64,000 nucleotides of DNA from an uncultured Chloroflexia bacterium (GCA_963746845.1 CAVVCZ010000006.1:192001-256000); one strand, 5' to 3'; positions 9,673 to 18,765 are shown, counted from the stretch's first letter. Notes: generated by a model from the sequence alone, not told the origin. Numbers and translations: made by a program.

Positions 9673-10704
9673 TCAGACCTCGTCACGGGCCGGCAGCTCG
9701 TCGCGGCGGCCGGCGGGGATCGACGGGATGCCGGACCAGCGGCCCGAATCGAGCAGGTTGCGGAAGCGATCGGTCAGACCCGGCCGCTCCGGCTGGGGCG
9801 GTGGCGGAGCCTCGACCTCGCGGTAGGCACCGAGCGTGCGGAAGCGACGGTAGCGCGCTTCGACGAGCGCGTCGAGGGACAGCCGGCCGAGGCCGTCGAG
9901 CTGCTCGAGGATGACGGTCTTCAGCCGGCGGGCGGTCTCGGCAAGGTCCGTGTGGGCACCCTCTCCGGGCTCGGCGACGACGATATCGATCACGCCGAGC
10001 GCCTGCTGCTCGCGTGCGGTCATCCGCATCGCGACGGCGGCGGTCGCCGCCTCGTCCGCCGTGCGCCACAGGATCGATGCGCAGCCCTCCGGGCTGATCA
10101 CCGAGTAGACCGCGTTCTCGAGCGCGACGATCACGTCGCCGACCGCGATCGCGAGCGCCCCGCCGGAGCCGCCCTCGCCGGTGATCACGACGACGATCGG
10201 CGTCCGGAGCCGGCTCATCAGCCCGATCGAGCGGGCGATCGACTCGGCGATCCCGCGCTCCTCGGACTCGGGACCGGGGTGTGCTCCCGGCACGTCGACG
10301 AAGGTGACGATCGGCAGCCCGAACCGCTCTGCGAGCTCCATCACCCGCATCGCCTTGCGATAGCCCTCGGGATGGGGCATCCCGAAGTTGCGCCGGATGT
10401 TCTCGTCCGTGTCGGCGCCCTTCTGCTGGCCGATCACGACGACCCGCCGCTCGCCGATCCGGGCCAGCCCGGTCACGACCGCCTCGTCGTCGCCGAACAG
10501 GCGATCGCCGTGGAGCTCGATGAACTCGTCGGCCATCTCCCCGACCAGGTCGAGGATCCGCGGCCGGCGCAGGTTGCGGGCCAGCTGGACCCGGGCCCAG
10601 GTCTCGGCCTTCGGATCCGACGGGGCGACGGTCGGCGCCTCGGCGCCGTCGCGCACGGTCCCGTCCGGGACGTCGCGGTTGCGGCCCAGGATGCGGTCAA
10701 CCAT
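9673..10704 (-). CDS. accA: acetyl-CoA carboxylase carboxyltransferase alpha
   Basis: ELHGDRLFGDD, NFGMPHPEGYRKA, GEGGSGGALAI, YSVISPEGCASIL. Confidence 0.95.
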   Translation of the reverse strand: MVDRILGRNRDVPDGTVRDGAEAPTVAPSDPKAETWARVQLARNLRRPRILDLVGEMADEFIELHGDRLFGDDEAVVTGLARIGERRVVVIGQQKGADTDENIRRNFGMPHPEGYRKAMRVMELAERFGLPIVTFVDVPGAHPGPESEERGIAESIARSIGLMSRLRTPIVVVITGEGGSGGALAIAVGDVIVALENAVYSVISPEGCASILWRTADEAATAAVAMRMTAREQQALGVIDIVVAEPGEGAHTDLAETARRLKTVILEQLDGLGRLSLDALVEARYRRFRTLGAYREVEAPPPPQPERPGLTDRFRNLLDSGRWSGIPSIPAGRRDELPARDEV

Positions 10705-11905
10705 GGGGCACCTCGTCGGCCGTGGCGACGACCGGTTCGTCGATCCCGGCGGTGTCCGGCGCCGGCCCGTCGGCATCGTCGGCGGCGGTCGTCGTCTCCG
10801 GCTCGGGCGCGACGGGCTCCTGCGGCGTGTCGGCGGCCGCCTTGCGCGATCGGCCCTTCGGCTTCGTCGCGGCCGGCTCGGCCGGTGGCACGGGCTCGGT
10901 CGACGCCACCAGGGCGGACCGCGTCGTCGGCTCGCCCGCCCCGTTCCCGGCCGGGACATGCGCCGGCTCGGTTTCGCCGGGAAGGACGCGCTCGGCGAGG
11001 TTCGACAGGAACGAGAACGGCCGGAAATTCGGCAGCCCGATGACCTCCTGCTCTTCCGCGGTGGCCGCGCCGGTCTGGCGCGGGACGAGGAAGCGGAGCA
11101 GGTCGACGACCTCGTCGCGGAGCGCCGAGCGGTGGACGACGCGGTCGAGGAACCCGTGCTCGAACAGGAACTCGGAGCGCTGGAAGCCGGGCGGCAGCTC
11201 CTGGGCGATCGTCCCCGCGGAGACGCGCGCGCCCGCGAACCCGATCAGCGCGTTCGGCTCGGCGATGTTCACGTCGCCGAGGACCGCGAACGAGGCGAAG
11301 ACGCCGCCGGTGGTGGGGTCGGTGAGGACGCTGACGAACGGCACGCCGGCCGTCCGGAGCCGCTCCAGCGCCGCGACGCTCTTGGCGAGCTGCATGAGCG
11401 ACAGGGTCCCCTCCTGCATCCGCGCGCCGCCCGACGCCGAGACGACGACCAGGGGGATCCGTTCGGCGAGCGCGTGCTCCGCCGCCCGGGTGACCTTCTC
11501 GCCGACGACCGCGCCCATCGAGCCGCCCATGAACCCGAAGTCCATGACGCAGATCGCGACGGGCCGGCCGTCCATGAGGCCGATGCCCCAGACGGCCGCG
11601 TCGCGCATCCCGGTCGCCAGCTGGGCCGCGGCGATCCGGTCGGGGTACGTCTTCTGGTCGACGAAGCCGAGCGGGTCCTCCGATTCGAGCCCCGCATCGC
11701 GCTCGATGAACGAGCCGTGGTCGAGAAGGAGCGCCAGGCGGAGGTCGGCCGACAGGCGGAAATGGTGGCCGCACGACGGGCAGACCCGGAGCACCTTGTC
11801 GAGCTGCTTGTTGAAGAGCATCTCGTCACAGGACGGGCACTTCGTCCACAGGTCCGCCGGATAGGCGTCGCGGCGCGGCCGGAACGACGGCAGCTTGATC
11901 GGCAT
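10697..11905 (-). CDS. accD: acetyl-CoA carboxylase carboxyltransferase beta with long C-terminal tail
   Basis: LWTKCPSC...CPSCGHH zinc finger, FMGGSMG, SGGARMQEG, PTTGGV, IGFAGARV. Confidence 0.95.
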   Translation of the reverse strand: MPIKLPSFRPRRDAYPADLWTKCPSCDEMLFNKQLDKVLRVCPSCGHHFRLSADLRLALLLDHGSFIERDAGLESEDPLGFVDQKTYPDRIAAAQLATGMRDAAVWGIGLMDGRPVAICVMDFGFMGGSMGAVVGEKVTRAAEHALAERIPLVVVSASGGARMQEGTLSLMQLAKSVAALERLRTAGVPFVSVLTDPTTGGVFASFAVLGDVNIAEPNALIGFAGARVSAGTIAQELPPGFQRSEFLFEHGFLDRVVHRSALRDEVVDLLRFLVPRQTGAATAEEQEVIGLPNFRPFSFLSNLAERVLPGETEPAHVPAGNGAGEPTTRSALVASTEPVPPAEPAATKPKGRSRKAAADTPQEPVAPEPETTTAADDADGPAPDTAGIDEPVVATADEVPHG

Positions 11906-12471
11906 CAGTCGAGCCCCTGGCGCCGACCGGGTGTCGCCGGCAGCGTGCCGGCCCCGGGAGCGGCCAGCCGGACCGAGCGGGCGGCCCGTGCGGCACGGAC
12001 CATGGGCGGCGTCGACCGGCTCGGCCGGCCGCGGCGCCAGGCGACGATCGCCGCGCCGGCGATGGAGATCGCCGCCGAGGTCAGGGCACCGCCGATCAGC
12101 AGCGGCCGCGCGATCTCGTGCGTCGCGGGATCGCCATCCGGGACCTCGCCGGCGGGGTCAAGGCCGGATGACGGCATGCGGAACGGGACGACGCGACCCT
12201 CGGCGCCGACGGCGGCCGGGAGGCGCATCGCCACAGCGGCCTCGGCGAGCCGCGTCGCCAGCCGCTCCTCGAAGCGGAACGACGGATGGACGCGGACGAG
12301 GTCCCGGCGGAGACGGTCGGCCGCGATCCTGGCGGCCGGATCCAGCGCGGTCGTGGGGTCGTCCGTGCCGGCCCCTCCCGATCCGAGCAGGGATCCGGCA
12401 AGCAGCGCATCCAGGTAGAGGTCGGTGAGGAGCGCCTCGGCCATCGCTCCGTCGCGGTCGACGAGGCTCAT
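11905..12471 (-). CDS. single-pass membrane protein, putative anti-sigma factor
   Basis: ATG overlaps the sigma stop (ATGA); PSFRFEERLATRL motif resembles anti-sigma N-domains; one TM segment (LLIGGALTSAAISIAGAAIVAW). Confidence 0.6.
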   Translation of the reverse strand: MSLVDRDGAMAEALLTDLYLDALLAGSLLGSGGAGTDDPTTALDPAARIAADRLRRDLVRVHPSFRFEERLATRLAEAAVAMRLPAAVGAEGRVVPFRMPSSGLDPAGEVPDGDPATHEIARPLLIGGALTSAAISIAGAAIVAWRRGRPSRSTPPMVRAARAARSVRLAAPGAGTLPATPGRRQGLD

Positions 12472-13112
12472 TCCTTGGCGAGGTCGCGGGCCACCGCCCG
12501 CAGCGCCCGGTGGACGAGGACCCGGACCGCCCCCTCGGACCGTCCGAGGACGCCGGCGATCTCCGCGGTCGACATCTCGTCGACGAACCGGAGGACGAGC
12601 GCCTGGCGACGATCCGCGGGCAGCCGCCCGACGGCCCGCCACGCGGCGGCGGCCTCGTCGCGGGTCTCGATCCCGCCCGCGACATCCAGCGGGTCCGCGA
12701 TCATCGCGGCCGCCTCGATCGGGGCGACGGGGTGTCGGCGCCGGCTCCGTCGCTGGTTGGCGACGGAGTTCCGGGCAATCTGGAACAGCCAGACGCGGAA
12801 CGTGGAGGCGCCGTCCCCGTCGGCCGGCCGCGCCCGCTCCTCGAACTGCGGCAGGCCCGCGAGAGCGGCGAGGAACGTGCGCTCGGTTGCGTCCTCGGCC
12901 TCGTGGTGGTCGCCGAGCTCGTGATAGGCGTAGCTGTACACCTGGGCGAGATACCTGCGATACAGGGCGTCGAACCGCAGCGGGTCGCGCCTGGCCTCCT
13001 CGACGAGCGCCCGGTCGCGATCGAGATGGGCGACGCGCGCGGTCGAACCCGCGGCGGCCGTCCGACCCGGACGATCGGTGGCGCTCACCCGTCCAAACAC
13101 CGGTCGCGCCAT
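12468..13112 (-). CDS. ECF-type RNA polymerase sigma-70 factor
   Basis: FDALYRRYLAQVY, AEDATERTFL, FRVWLFQIARN (sigma2); LPADRRQALVLRF...TAEIAGVLGRSEGAVRVLVHRA (sigma4). Confidence 0.92.
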   Translation of the reverse strand: MARPVFGRVSATDRPGRTAAAGSTARVAHLDRDRALVEEARRDPLRFDALYRRYLAQVYSYAYHELGDHHEAEDATERTFLAALAGLPQFEERARPADGDGASTFRVWLFQIARNSVANQRRSRRRHPVAPIEAAAMIADPLDVAGGIETRDEAAAAWRAVGRLPADRRQALVLRFVDEMSTAEIAGVLGRSEGAVRVLVHRALRAVARDLAKE

Positions 13113-13116
13113 CGTG

Positions 13117-13923
13117 TTACACCCGACCCTGGTTCGATGCGAACCGGAGATGGCGGATCTCGCCCGAGAACACGGCTCGCCGGCCCCGCCCGTCGTCGAC
13201 AAGGAGCGCCCCCGTCCGGTCATCCACGCCCACGGCATCGACGTCCTCGCGCCACCCGTCCGGAAGCTGGAGGACGACCCGACGCCCGGTCGTCACCTGG
13301 CGCGCGGCCCATGCCGTCGCATCGAACCGTCCGTCGCGCAGCTCGCGGACCCGGCCTTCGAGAGCGGAGAGGAAGGCGTCGAGGAGCGACCCGACGTCGA
13401 CCGGCCGGCCCGCGTTCGCGTCCATCAGCGAGGTCATCGCCCCGGCCAGATCCGGCGGGAAATCGGCCCGGCGCCAGTTCCCGTTCACCCCGATCCCGAC
13501 GATCACGTGCGGGTCGGTCGTCCCGAGGCCGACGGACTCGCCGAGCACGCCGGCGAGCTTGCGGACCGTCGCCCGATCCGCGATCACGAGGTCGTTCGGC
13601 CACTTCAGGCGGATCGTTCCCTCCGGCAGCCCGGCCGCCGCCTCCGCCGCCTCCGCCATCGCGAGGCCCACGACCGCCGGGAGCCGCCAGGCCAGGTCCG
13701 CGCCTAGCCAGCCCGGACGGAACCCGACGGACAGGAGCAGCGCCGCGCGCGGTGGCGCGACCCACGTCCGGCCCTCCCGGCCGCGGCCCGCCGTCTGCTC
13801 GGCCGTGACGGCCAGGCAGACCTCCGGCGTCCCGGCGGCCAGCCAGTCCCGGACGACGTCGTTCGTCGAGCCGACGCGCTCGAAGCGCTCGTGCCGGGAC
13901 AGGAACGGCGCGGTGACCGTCAC
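13117..13923 (-). CDS. birA: biotin-[acetyl-CoA carboxylase] ligase (type I, no HTH)
   Basis: VGSTND, QTAGRGREGRTW, LKWPNDL, KLAGVL, GIGVN. Confidence 0.93.
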   Translation of the reverse strand: MTVTAPFLSRHERFERVGSTNDVVRDWLAAGTPEVCLAVTAEQTAGRGREGRTWVAPPRAALLLSVGFRPGWLGADLAWRLPAVVGLAMAEAAEAAAGLPEGTIRLKWPNDLVIADRATVRKLAGVLGESVGLGTTDPHVIVGIGVNGNWRRADFPPDLAGAMTSLMDANAGRPVDVGSLLDAFLSALEGRVRELRDGRFDATAWAARQVTTGRRVVLQLPDGWREDVDAVGVDDRTGALLVDDGRGRRAVFSGEIRHLRFASNQGRV

Positions 13924-15206
13924 CGGCTCGCCAGGGCCCCCGACGTTGCGTCAACCGCCGCGGAGTCCGGCCGCTCCAGCTCGAACGCCTCGTGAAGGGC
14001 CCGAACCGCGGTCTCGAGGGCGTCCTCCGCGATGATCGTCGTGATCCGGATCTCGGAGGTCGAGATCATCTCGATGTTCACGCCGGCATCGGCCAACGCC
14101 CGGAACATCCGCGCGGCGTAGCCCGGGGCATTCTGGATGCCCGCGCCGACGATCGACACCTTCGCCACGGACGAATCGGTCGTCAGCTCGCGGAAGCCGA
14201 GCTCGCGCGCGATCGGGTCGAGGATCCGCTTGGCCTTCGCGAGCTCGACCTGGGGGATCGTGAAGCTCAGGTCGGTCGCGCTGCCGTGGCCGATGTTCTG
14301 GACGATCATGTCGACGTTGATCCCGGCCTCGGCCAGCGGGCCGAAGACGTGGGCGGCGACGCCCGGCCGGTCCGGGACCTCGACGAGGGTGATCTTCGCG
14401 ACATTCCGATCGTGGGCGAGGCCACGGACCTTGTTCCGCTGCTCCACGAGCGGGTCCTCCTTGATCAGCGTTCCGGGTGCGTCCTCGAACGAGCTGAGGA
14501 CCTCGATGACGACGTCGTTCACCCAGCCGAGCTCGACCGCGCGGGTCTGCATCACCTGGGCGCCCTGGCCGGCGAGCTCGAGCATCTCCTCGTAGCCGAT
14601 GACATCGAGCTGTCGCGACTGCGGGACGATTCGTGGGTCGGCGGTGTGGATGCCCCGGACGTCGGTGAAGATCTGGCAGCGGGTCGCCTTCAGGCGCGCG
14701 GCCAGGGCGACGGCAGTCGTGTCGCTGCCGCCGCGACCGAGCGTCGTGATGTCCGCGCCGGCGGCGTCGTCGCCCTCGGCCCGGCCCTGGAACCCGGCGA
14801 TGATCACGACCTTGCCCCCGTCGAGCTCGCGGCGCACACGGCCGGGGTCGATGGACGCGATCCGCGCCTTGCCGTACCGGCCGTCGGTCGTGATGCCGGC
14901 CTGCGGGCCGCTCAGGCTGATCGCGGCCACGCCGAGCGCGTGGAGCGCCATCGAGACCAGCGTCGCGCTCTGGTGCTCGCCGGTCGCCAGGAGCATGTCC
15001 AGCTCGCGCTCGTCCGGCGTGTCCGTGATCGCGGCGGCGAGGCCGAGCAGCTCGTCGGTCGCGTCGCCCATCGCCGAGACGACGACGACCAGGTCCGAGC
15101 CCGAAGCACGCTCGCGGGCGATCCGCCGCGCGACCCGGCGAATCCTGTCGGCGTCGGCGAGGCTCGAGCCTCCGAACTTCTGCACGACGAGCGGGGCGAC
15201 AGGCAT
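13920..15206 (-). CDS. lysC: aspartate kinase with two ACT domains
   Basis: VVQKFGGSS, VVSAMG, TTLGRGGSDTTAV, INVDMIVQN, MISTSEI. Confidence 0.95.
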   Translation of the reverse strand: MPVAPLVVQKFGGSSLADADRIRRVARRIARERASGSDLVVVVSAMGDATDELLGLAAAITDTPDERELDMLLATGEHQSATLVSMALHALGVAAISLSGPQAGITTDGRYGKARIASIDPGRVRRELDGGKVVIIAGFQGRAEGDDAAGADITTLGRGGSDTTAVALAARLKATRCQIFTDVRGIHTADPRIVPQSRQLDVIGYEEMLELAGQGAQVMQTRAVELGWVNDVVIEVLSSFEDAPGTLIKEDPLVEQRNKVRGLAHDRNVAKITLVEVPDRPGVAAHVFGPLAEAGINVDMIVQNIGHGSATDLSFTIPQVELAKAKRILDPIARELGFRELTTDSSVAKVSIVGAGIQNAPGYAARMFRALADAGVNIEMISTSEIRITTIIAEDALETAVRALHEAFELERPDSAAVDATSGALASR

Positions 15207-15212
15207 CGAGGC

Positions 15213-15218
15213 ATTCTA
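15213..15218 (-). promoter_or_regulatory. -10 box (TAGAAT) of a probable leaderless lysC promoter
   Basis: TAGAAT 6 nt upstream of the ATG; no Shine-Dalgarno. Confidence 0.6.
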
Positions 15219-15240
15219 CCGCCCGCTCCGGCTGGCTCCC

Positions 15241-15372
15241 GAGCCCCCAGCCCCTCGTGGCGTCGCCCCGGGCGCCCCGCCCCGGCGCCCCGGGGCGCCT
15301 CGCGCCGCTGCCGGGCCCCCTCCCCGCGCTCCGCCCCGAGCCCCGGCCCGCCCCTCCCCGCGCCCCGCCCCG
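15241..15372 (-). repeat. G-tract-rich low-complexity segment (potential G-quadruplex on the minus strand)
   Basis: Many CCCC/CCCCC runs separated by short spacers on the + strand. Confidence 0.6.
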
Positions 15373-15376
15373 GCGT

Positions 15377-15544
15377 TTCGCCGTCTTCCCAACCCGTGAA
15401 CACGGTGGGATGTCCACGTCCCGGATGTGCACCCACGATGCATCCGGGGCGCATCCGGGCCGCCGAAACCGCCCGTCCCGCACGGCCCGTACGTCGGGTC
15501 ACGCCGACCGTCGCGCGGAGTTCACGGGTTGAACATCCGGTGAC
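15377..15544. repeat. ~170-nt palindromic repeat unit, copy 1
   Basis: Aligns with 16267-16434 at offset 890; internal inverted arms caacccgtgaac / gttcacgggttg. Confidence 0.8.
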
Positions 15545-16197
15545 CGGATGAAGACGATGCCGCGCGGCGGCGTCCCGACTGGCCGACGGATCCAGGACCG
15601 GCACGCCTGCGCCGGTGCCGGCAGCGCCGCACCGAACGCCGGGGCGTGCCGGGAGATCCGCGCCCGGTTCGTCGTGCCTTCGCCCACCACGAGCAGGGCG
15701 GCGACCGGCCCCGCCCGCCAGCCTCGCTTGCGCGCGATCTCCGGCGTGAGCCGCGCCTTCCGGTCGATGCCGATCAGCGTCTGGTTCGCGTCGCCGATCG
15801 ACGCCTTGACTTCGACCGCCACCAGGGCGCCGCCGGGGTGTCGCCCGAGGACGTCGATCGAGCCTCGCTCGCCGAAGATCGCGAACGACACCTCAACCGC
15901 GACCTCCCAGCCCGCTGATCGAAGCCAGCGAACTGTCGCATCGACGATCGTGGCGTGGCGCTCGTCGATCAGCCGGTCCAGCGTCGCGCCGCGCCACCGG
16001 AGATCGAGATCCAGACGACCATCAAGCGCGGCTGCGATCGCCTGAAGATCCGCGAAGGCGATCCGTTCGATCCGTCCGGTCTCGATCCGGGAAACCGTCG
16101 ATCGCGAGAAACCGCAACGTTCCGCGAGCTGGGCCTGCGTCCATCGTCGGCGATCCCGGAGGGCGCGGATGGCTCGGCCGAATCGCCAGCGATCCAT
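15499..16197 (-). CDS. XRE-family HTH + PD-(D/E)XK restriction-endonuclease-like domain protein
   Basis: IRALRDRRRWTQAQLAERCGFSRSTVSRIETG (HTH_3), then GWEVAVEVSF...GSIDVLGRHPGGALVAVEVK (E...D...ExK nuclease core). Confidence 0.8.
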   Translation of the reverse strand: MDRWRFGRAIRALRDRRRWTQAQLAERCGFSRSTVSRIETGRIERIAFADLQAIAAALDGRLDLDLRWRGATLDRLIDERHATIVDATVRWLRSAGWEVAVEVSFAIFGERGSIDVLGRHPGGALVAVEVKASIGDANQTLIGIDRKARLTPEIARKRGWRAGPVAALLVVGEGTTNRARISRHAPAFGAALPAPAQACRSWIRRPVGTPPRGIVFIRSPDVQPVNSARRSA

Positions 16198-16266
16198 CGG
16201 ACCAGTTTCGCGATGCGTCCTTATCGCCCGGTCATCGCTCCATTCGTTCGGCGGCTCCCATTTCCG

Positions 16267-16434
16267 TTCGCCGATTTCTCGCTCGGTGAACTCCAGGTGC
16301 TGTCCGCGACCCCGAATGTGCACCCATGACGCCGGCGGGGCAGTCCGGGCTCACGCGCGGCCGAGGTCGAGCGTCGCGGTCGACGAAATCGGGCCGCATG
16401 TCGCGCGGTGTTCACGGGTTGAACATTCAGTGAC
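16267..16434. repeat. ~170-nt palindromic repeat unit, copy 2
   Basis: Shares ttcgccg..ttc.c, gtgaac, tgtcc.cg.c, atgtgcaccca, tccgggc and tcgcgcgg.gttcacgggttgaacat.c.gtgac with copy 1. Confidence 0.8.
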
Positions 16435-16495
16435 TCGGGCGTTCGCTGCCGCTCCGTCCGAGTCGCAGTAGCCTTCGAGCGGAGGTATCCGCCGC

Positions 16496-17278
16496 ATGTG
16501 CTTCGATCTCGACTCCCGCCCGCCGATCACGCCGATCGCCGGCGGCGCCCTGGACTCGTCCGAGCTGACCCTCGACGCCGAGGACGGCAACCGGTTCCGG
16601 GCGTTCCGGGCGCGGGCGACGGGGGGAACCGGTGCGGGGATCGTGATCCTCCCGGATGTGCGCGGGCTCCATCCCTACTACGAGGAGCTGGCCCTCCGGT
16701 TCGCCGAGCACGGCGTCGATGCGCTCGCCATCGACTACTTCGGGCGGACCGCGGGTCTCGGGCGACGCGGCGACGCGTTCGAGCACATGCCGCACGTCGA
16801 GCAGACCACGTGGGCCGGTCTCTCGGCCGACATCCGGGCGGCGGCGCGGAATCTCCGCGATGACGACGAGGGGCGCGTCGACGCCCTGTTCGCGACGGGC
16901 TTCTGCTTCGGCGGTCGCCTGGCGTTCCTGACGGCCACGCTCGGGATCGACCTCGCCGGGTCCATCGGCTTCTACGGCATCCCGGTCGGGCCGGGCCGCG
17001 CCGACATCCCGGCGCCGGCGGACGTCGCCGACGAGATGCGCAACCCGATCCTCGGCCTGTTCGGCGGCGCGGACGGCGCGATCGGGCCGGACAAGATTTC
17101 CGCGTTCGAGGCGGCCCTGACCGGCGCCCGCGTCGAGCACCGGCTCGTGGCGTTCGACGGGGCGCCGCACAGCTTCTTCGACCGCAAGGCGGACGAGTTC
17201 GCCGATGCGAGCGCCCGCGCCTGGGAGGAGACGCTCACGTTCGTCCGCGGCCACACGCCGAGCGCGATCGAGGCCTGA
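16496..17278 (+). CDS. dienelactone hydrolase family protein
   Basis: PDVRGLHPYY, GFCFGG nucleophile motif, GGAD, APHSFF; RBS ggagg. Confidence 0.9.
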   Translation: MCFDLDSRPPITPIAGGALDSSELTLDAEDGNRFRAFRARATGGTGAGIVILPDVRGLHPYYEELALRFAEHGVDALAIDYFGRTAGLGRRGDAFEHMPHVEQTTWAGLSADIRAAARNLRDDDEGRVDALFATGFCFGGRLAFLTATLGIDLAGSIGFYGIPVGPGRADIPAPADVADEMRNPILGLFGGADGAIGPDKISAFEAALTGARVEHRLVAFDGAPHSFFDRKADEFADASARAWEETLTFVRGHTPSAIEA

Positions 17279-17280
17279 TC

Positions 17281-17535
17281 GTGGGGTTCCTGAAGCGGCT
17301 GCTCGGCGGCTCCGACGACGCGGCGACGCCGCCCGCGACCGATCCGGCGGTGCCGACGGAGCCAGAGCTCACGCCCGAGGAGATCGAGCGGGCGCACGAG
17401 CTGGAGCTGGCGCGGTTCGAGCAGGACCGGACGACCGATCTCGTCCGGCGTCAGCAGCAGTACAGCGACAAGTCGTGGGTGCCGCCGGCACAGGGCGGCA
17501 CGGTCCGGGCCGGCGACGAAGAGGTGTCCGGCTAG
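17281..17535 (+). CDS. small hypothetical protein
   Basis: Follows the hydrolase stop by 2 nt; amphipathic N-terminus MGFLKRLLGG; typical codon usage. Confidence 0.65.
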   Translation: MGFLKRLLGGSDDAATPPATDPAVPTEPELTPEEIERAHELELARFEQDRTTDLVRRQQQYSDKSWVPPAQGGTVRAGDEEVSG

Positions 17536-17717
17536 CGCTTCGCCAGCTTCCAGGCCGACGCGACGAGGACCACGAACACCACGACCGCGAGCATCCCGCC
17601 CGGGAGCGTCCGGTCAAGCGCGCTGACCATGCCGCGGAGCGTGTCGCCGATGAACATCACGGAGCCGGTGACCATGCCGCTGATCCCCGATCCGACCGAC
17701 TGAAAGAGTCCGCCCAT
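17532..17717 (-). CDS. small membrane protein
   Basis: 61 aa with a C-terminal hydrophobic helix followed by basic residues. Confidence 0.6.
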   Translation of the reverse strand: MGGLFQSVGSGISGMVTGSVMFIGDTLRGMVSALDRTLPGGMLAVVVFVVLVASAWKLAKR

Positions 17718-17802
17718 GCCCGGAGTCTGGGCTCGCCGTCAATCGCCCCGGACTCCACCGGATGCCACCCCACGGCCGGGGATGTGCACCCGTGCACCGC
17801 GT

Positions 17803-18765
17803 TCAGGCGCGCTTGATCACCTGGGCGCCGTGGTTCAGCGGTGAGACGACCGTGATGTGGCCGGTCAGGTCCGTGTCGGCCGCCGCTGCGCCGAATGCGG
17901 CCTCGATCCGGGTGATCGTCCGGACGCTGTCCGAGAACGCGATGATGGTGGACCCGGCACCCGACAGGCATGCCCCGATCGCGCCGGCGCCGCGCGCGGC
18001 CTCGATGAGCTGCGGCAGCTGCGGGTAGACCTTCGCGCGATAGGGCTCGTGGAGCCGGTCCACAGTGAGGATCCGGAGGAGGTCGAACCGCCCGGTGGCC
18101 ATCCCGGCGACCCCGATCGCGACTCGGGTGAGGTTCGCGATCGCGTCCTCGAGCGGCACGGTCTTCGGCAGGGCCGACCGCATCTCCTTCGTGGGCAGGC
18201 GGAGATCCGGGACGAACAGGACCGCACGAAGGTCCCGCGGCGCGTCGAACCGGAGCGCCTCGACGACGCCGTCGATGATCGCGCAGGCCGTGAACCCGCC
18301 GAGGACGGCCGCGGCCGCGTTGTCCGGGTGCCCCTCGATCTCGGTCGCGAGCCGGATGAGGTCGCCCTGGGTCAGCGGCTCCCCGAGGAGCGCATTGCCC
18401 GCGACGAGGCCCCCGACCGTCGCCGCGGCCGACGAGCCGAGGCCGCGCGCGAGCGGGATCTCGTTGTGCATGTCGATCCGCCAGCCGACGCCCTCCGGCA
18501 TCTCCCCGCGGACCTCGCGGAGGGCGGTCTCGATCCCGAGGACGCAGCGGTTCGTCCGGTCCGACGGCAGCTCGCCCACCCCCTCGCCGTCGACGGTCAG
18601 GTCGATCTCGCCGCGGCTCCACCCGCGGACCTCGACCTCGATCCGGTTCGTCAGGCCGAGCGCCAGACCAAGACAGTCGTACCCCGCGCCGAGATTCGCG
18701 CTCGTTGCCGGGACCTCGACCACGACGCGCCGCCCGTCGAGCTCGGCGAGCCAGTTCGTCACCAT
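17803..18765 (-). CDS. thrB: homoserine kinase
   Basis: [39 protein letters not shown]. Confidence 0.95.
   Translation of the reverse strand: MVTNWLAELDGRRVVVEVPATSANLGAGYDCLGLALGLTNRIEVEVRGWSRGEIDLTVDGEGVGELPSDRTNRCVLGIETALREVRGEMPEGVGWRIDMHNEIPLARGLGSSAAATVGGLVAGNALLGEPLTQGDLIRLATEIEGHPDNAAAAVLGGFTACAIIDGVVEALRFDAPRDLRAVLFVPDLRLPTKEMRSALPKTVPLEDAIANLTRVAIGVAGMATGRFDLLRILTVDRLHEPYRAKVYPQLPQLIEAARGAGAIGACLSGAGSTIIAFSDSVRTITRIEAAFGAAAADTDLTGHITVVSPLNHGAQVIKRA

Noticed and set aside
15207-15500. Lysine riboswitch upstream of lysC
   Set aside because: No lysine-riboswitch consensus, and the -10 box sits 6 nt from the ATG, leaving no leader.
15377-16434. CRISPR array interpretation of the repeats
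   Set aside because: Only two long degenerate units separated by a gene; no 25-45-nt identical repeats and no cas genes.
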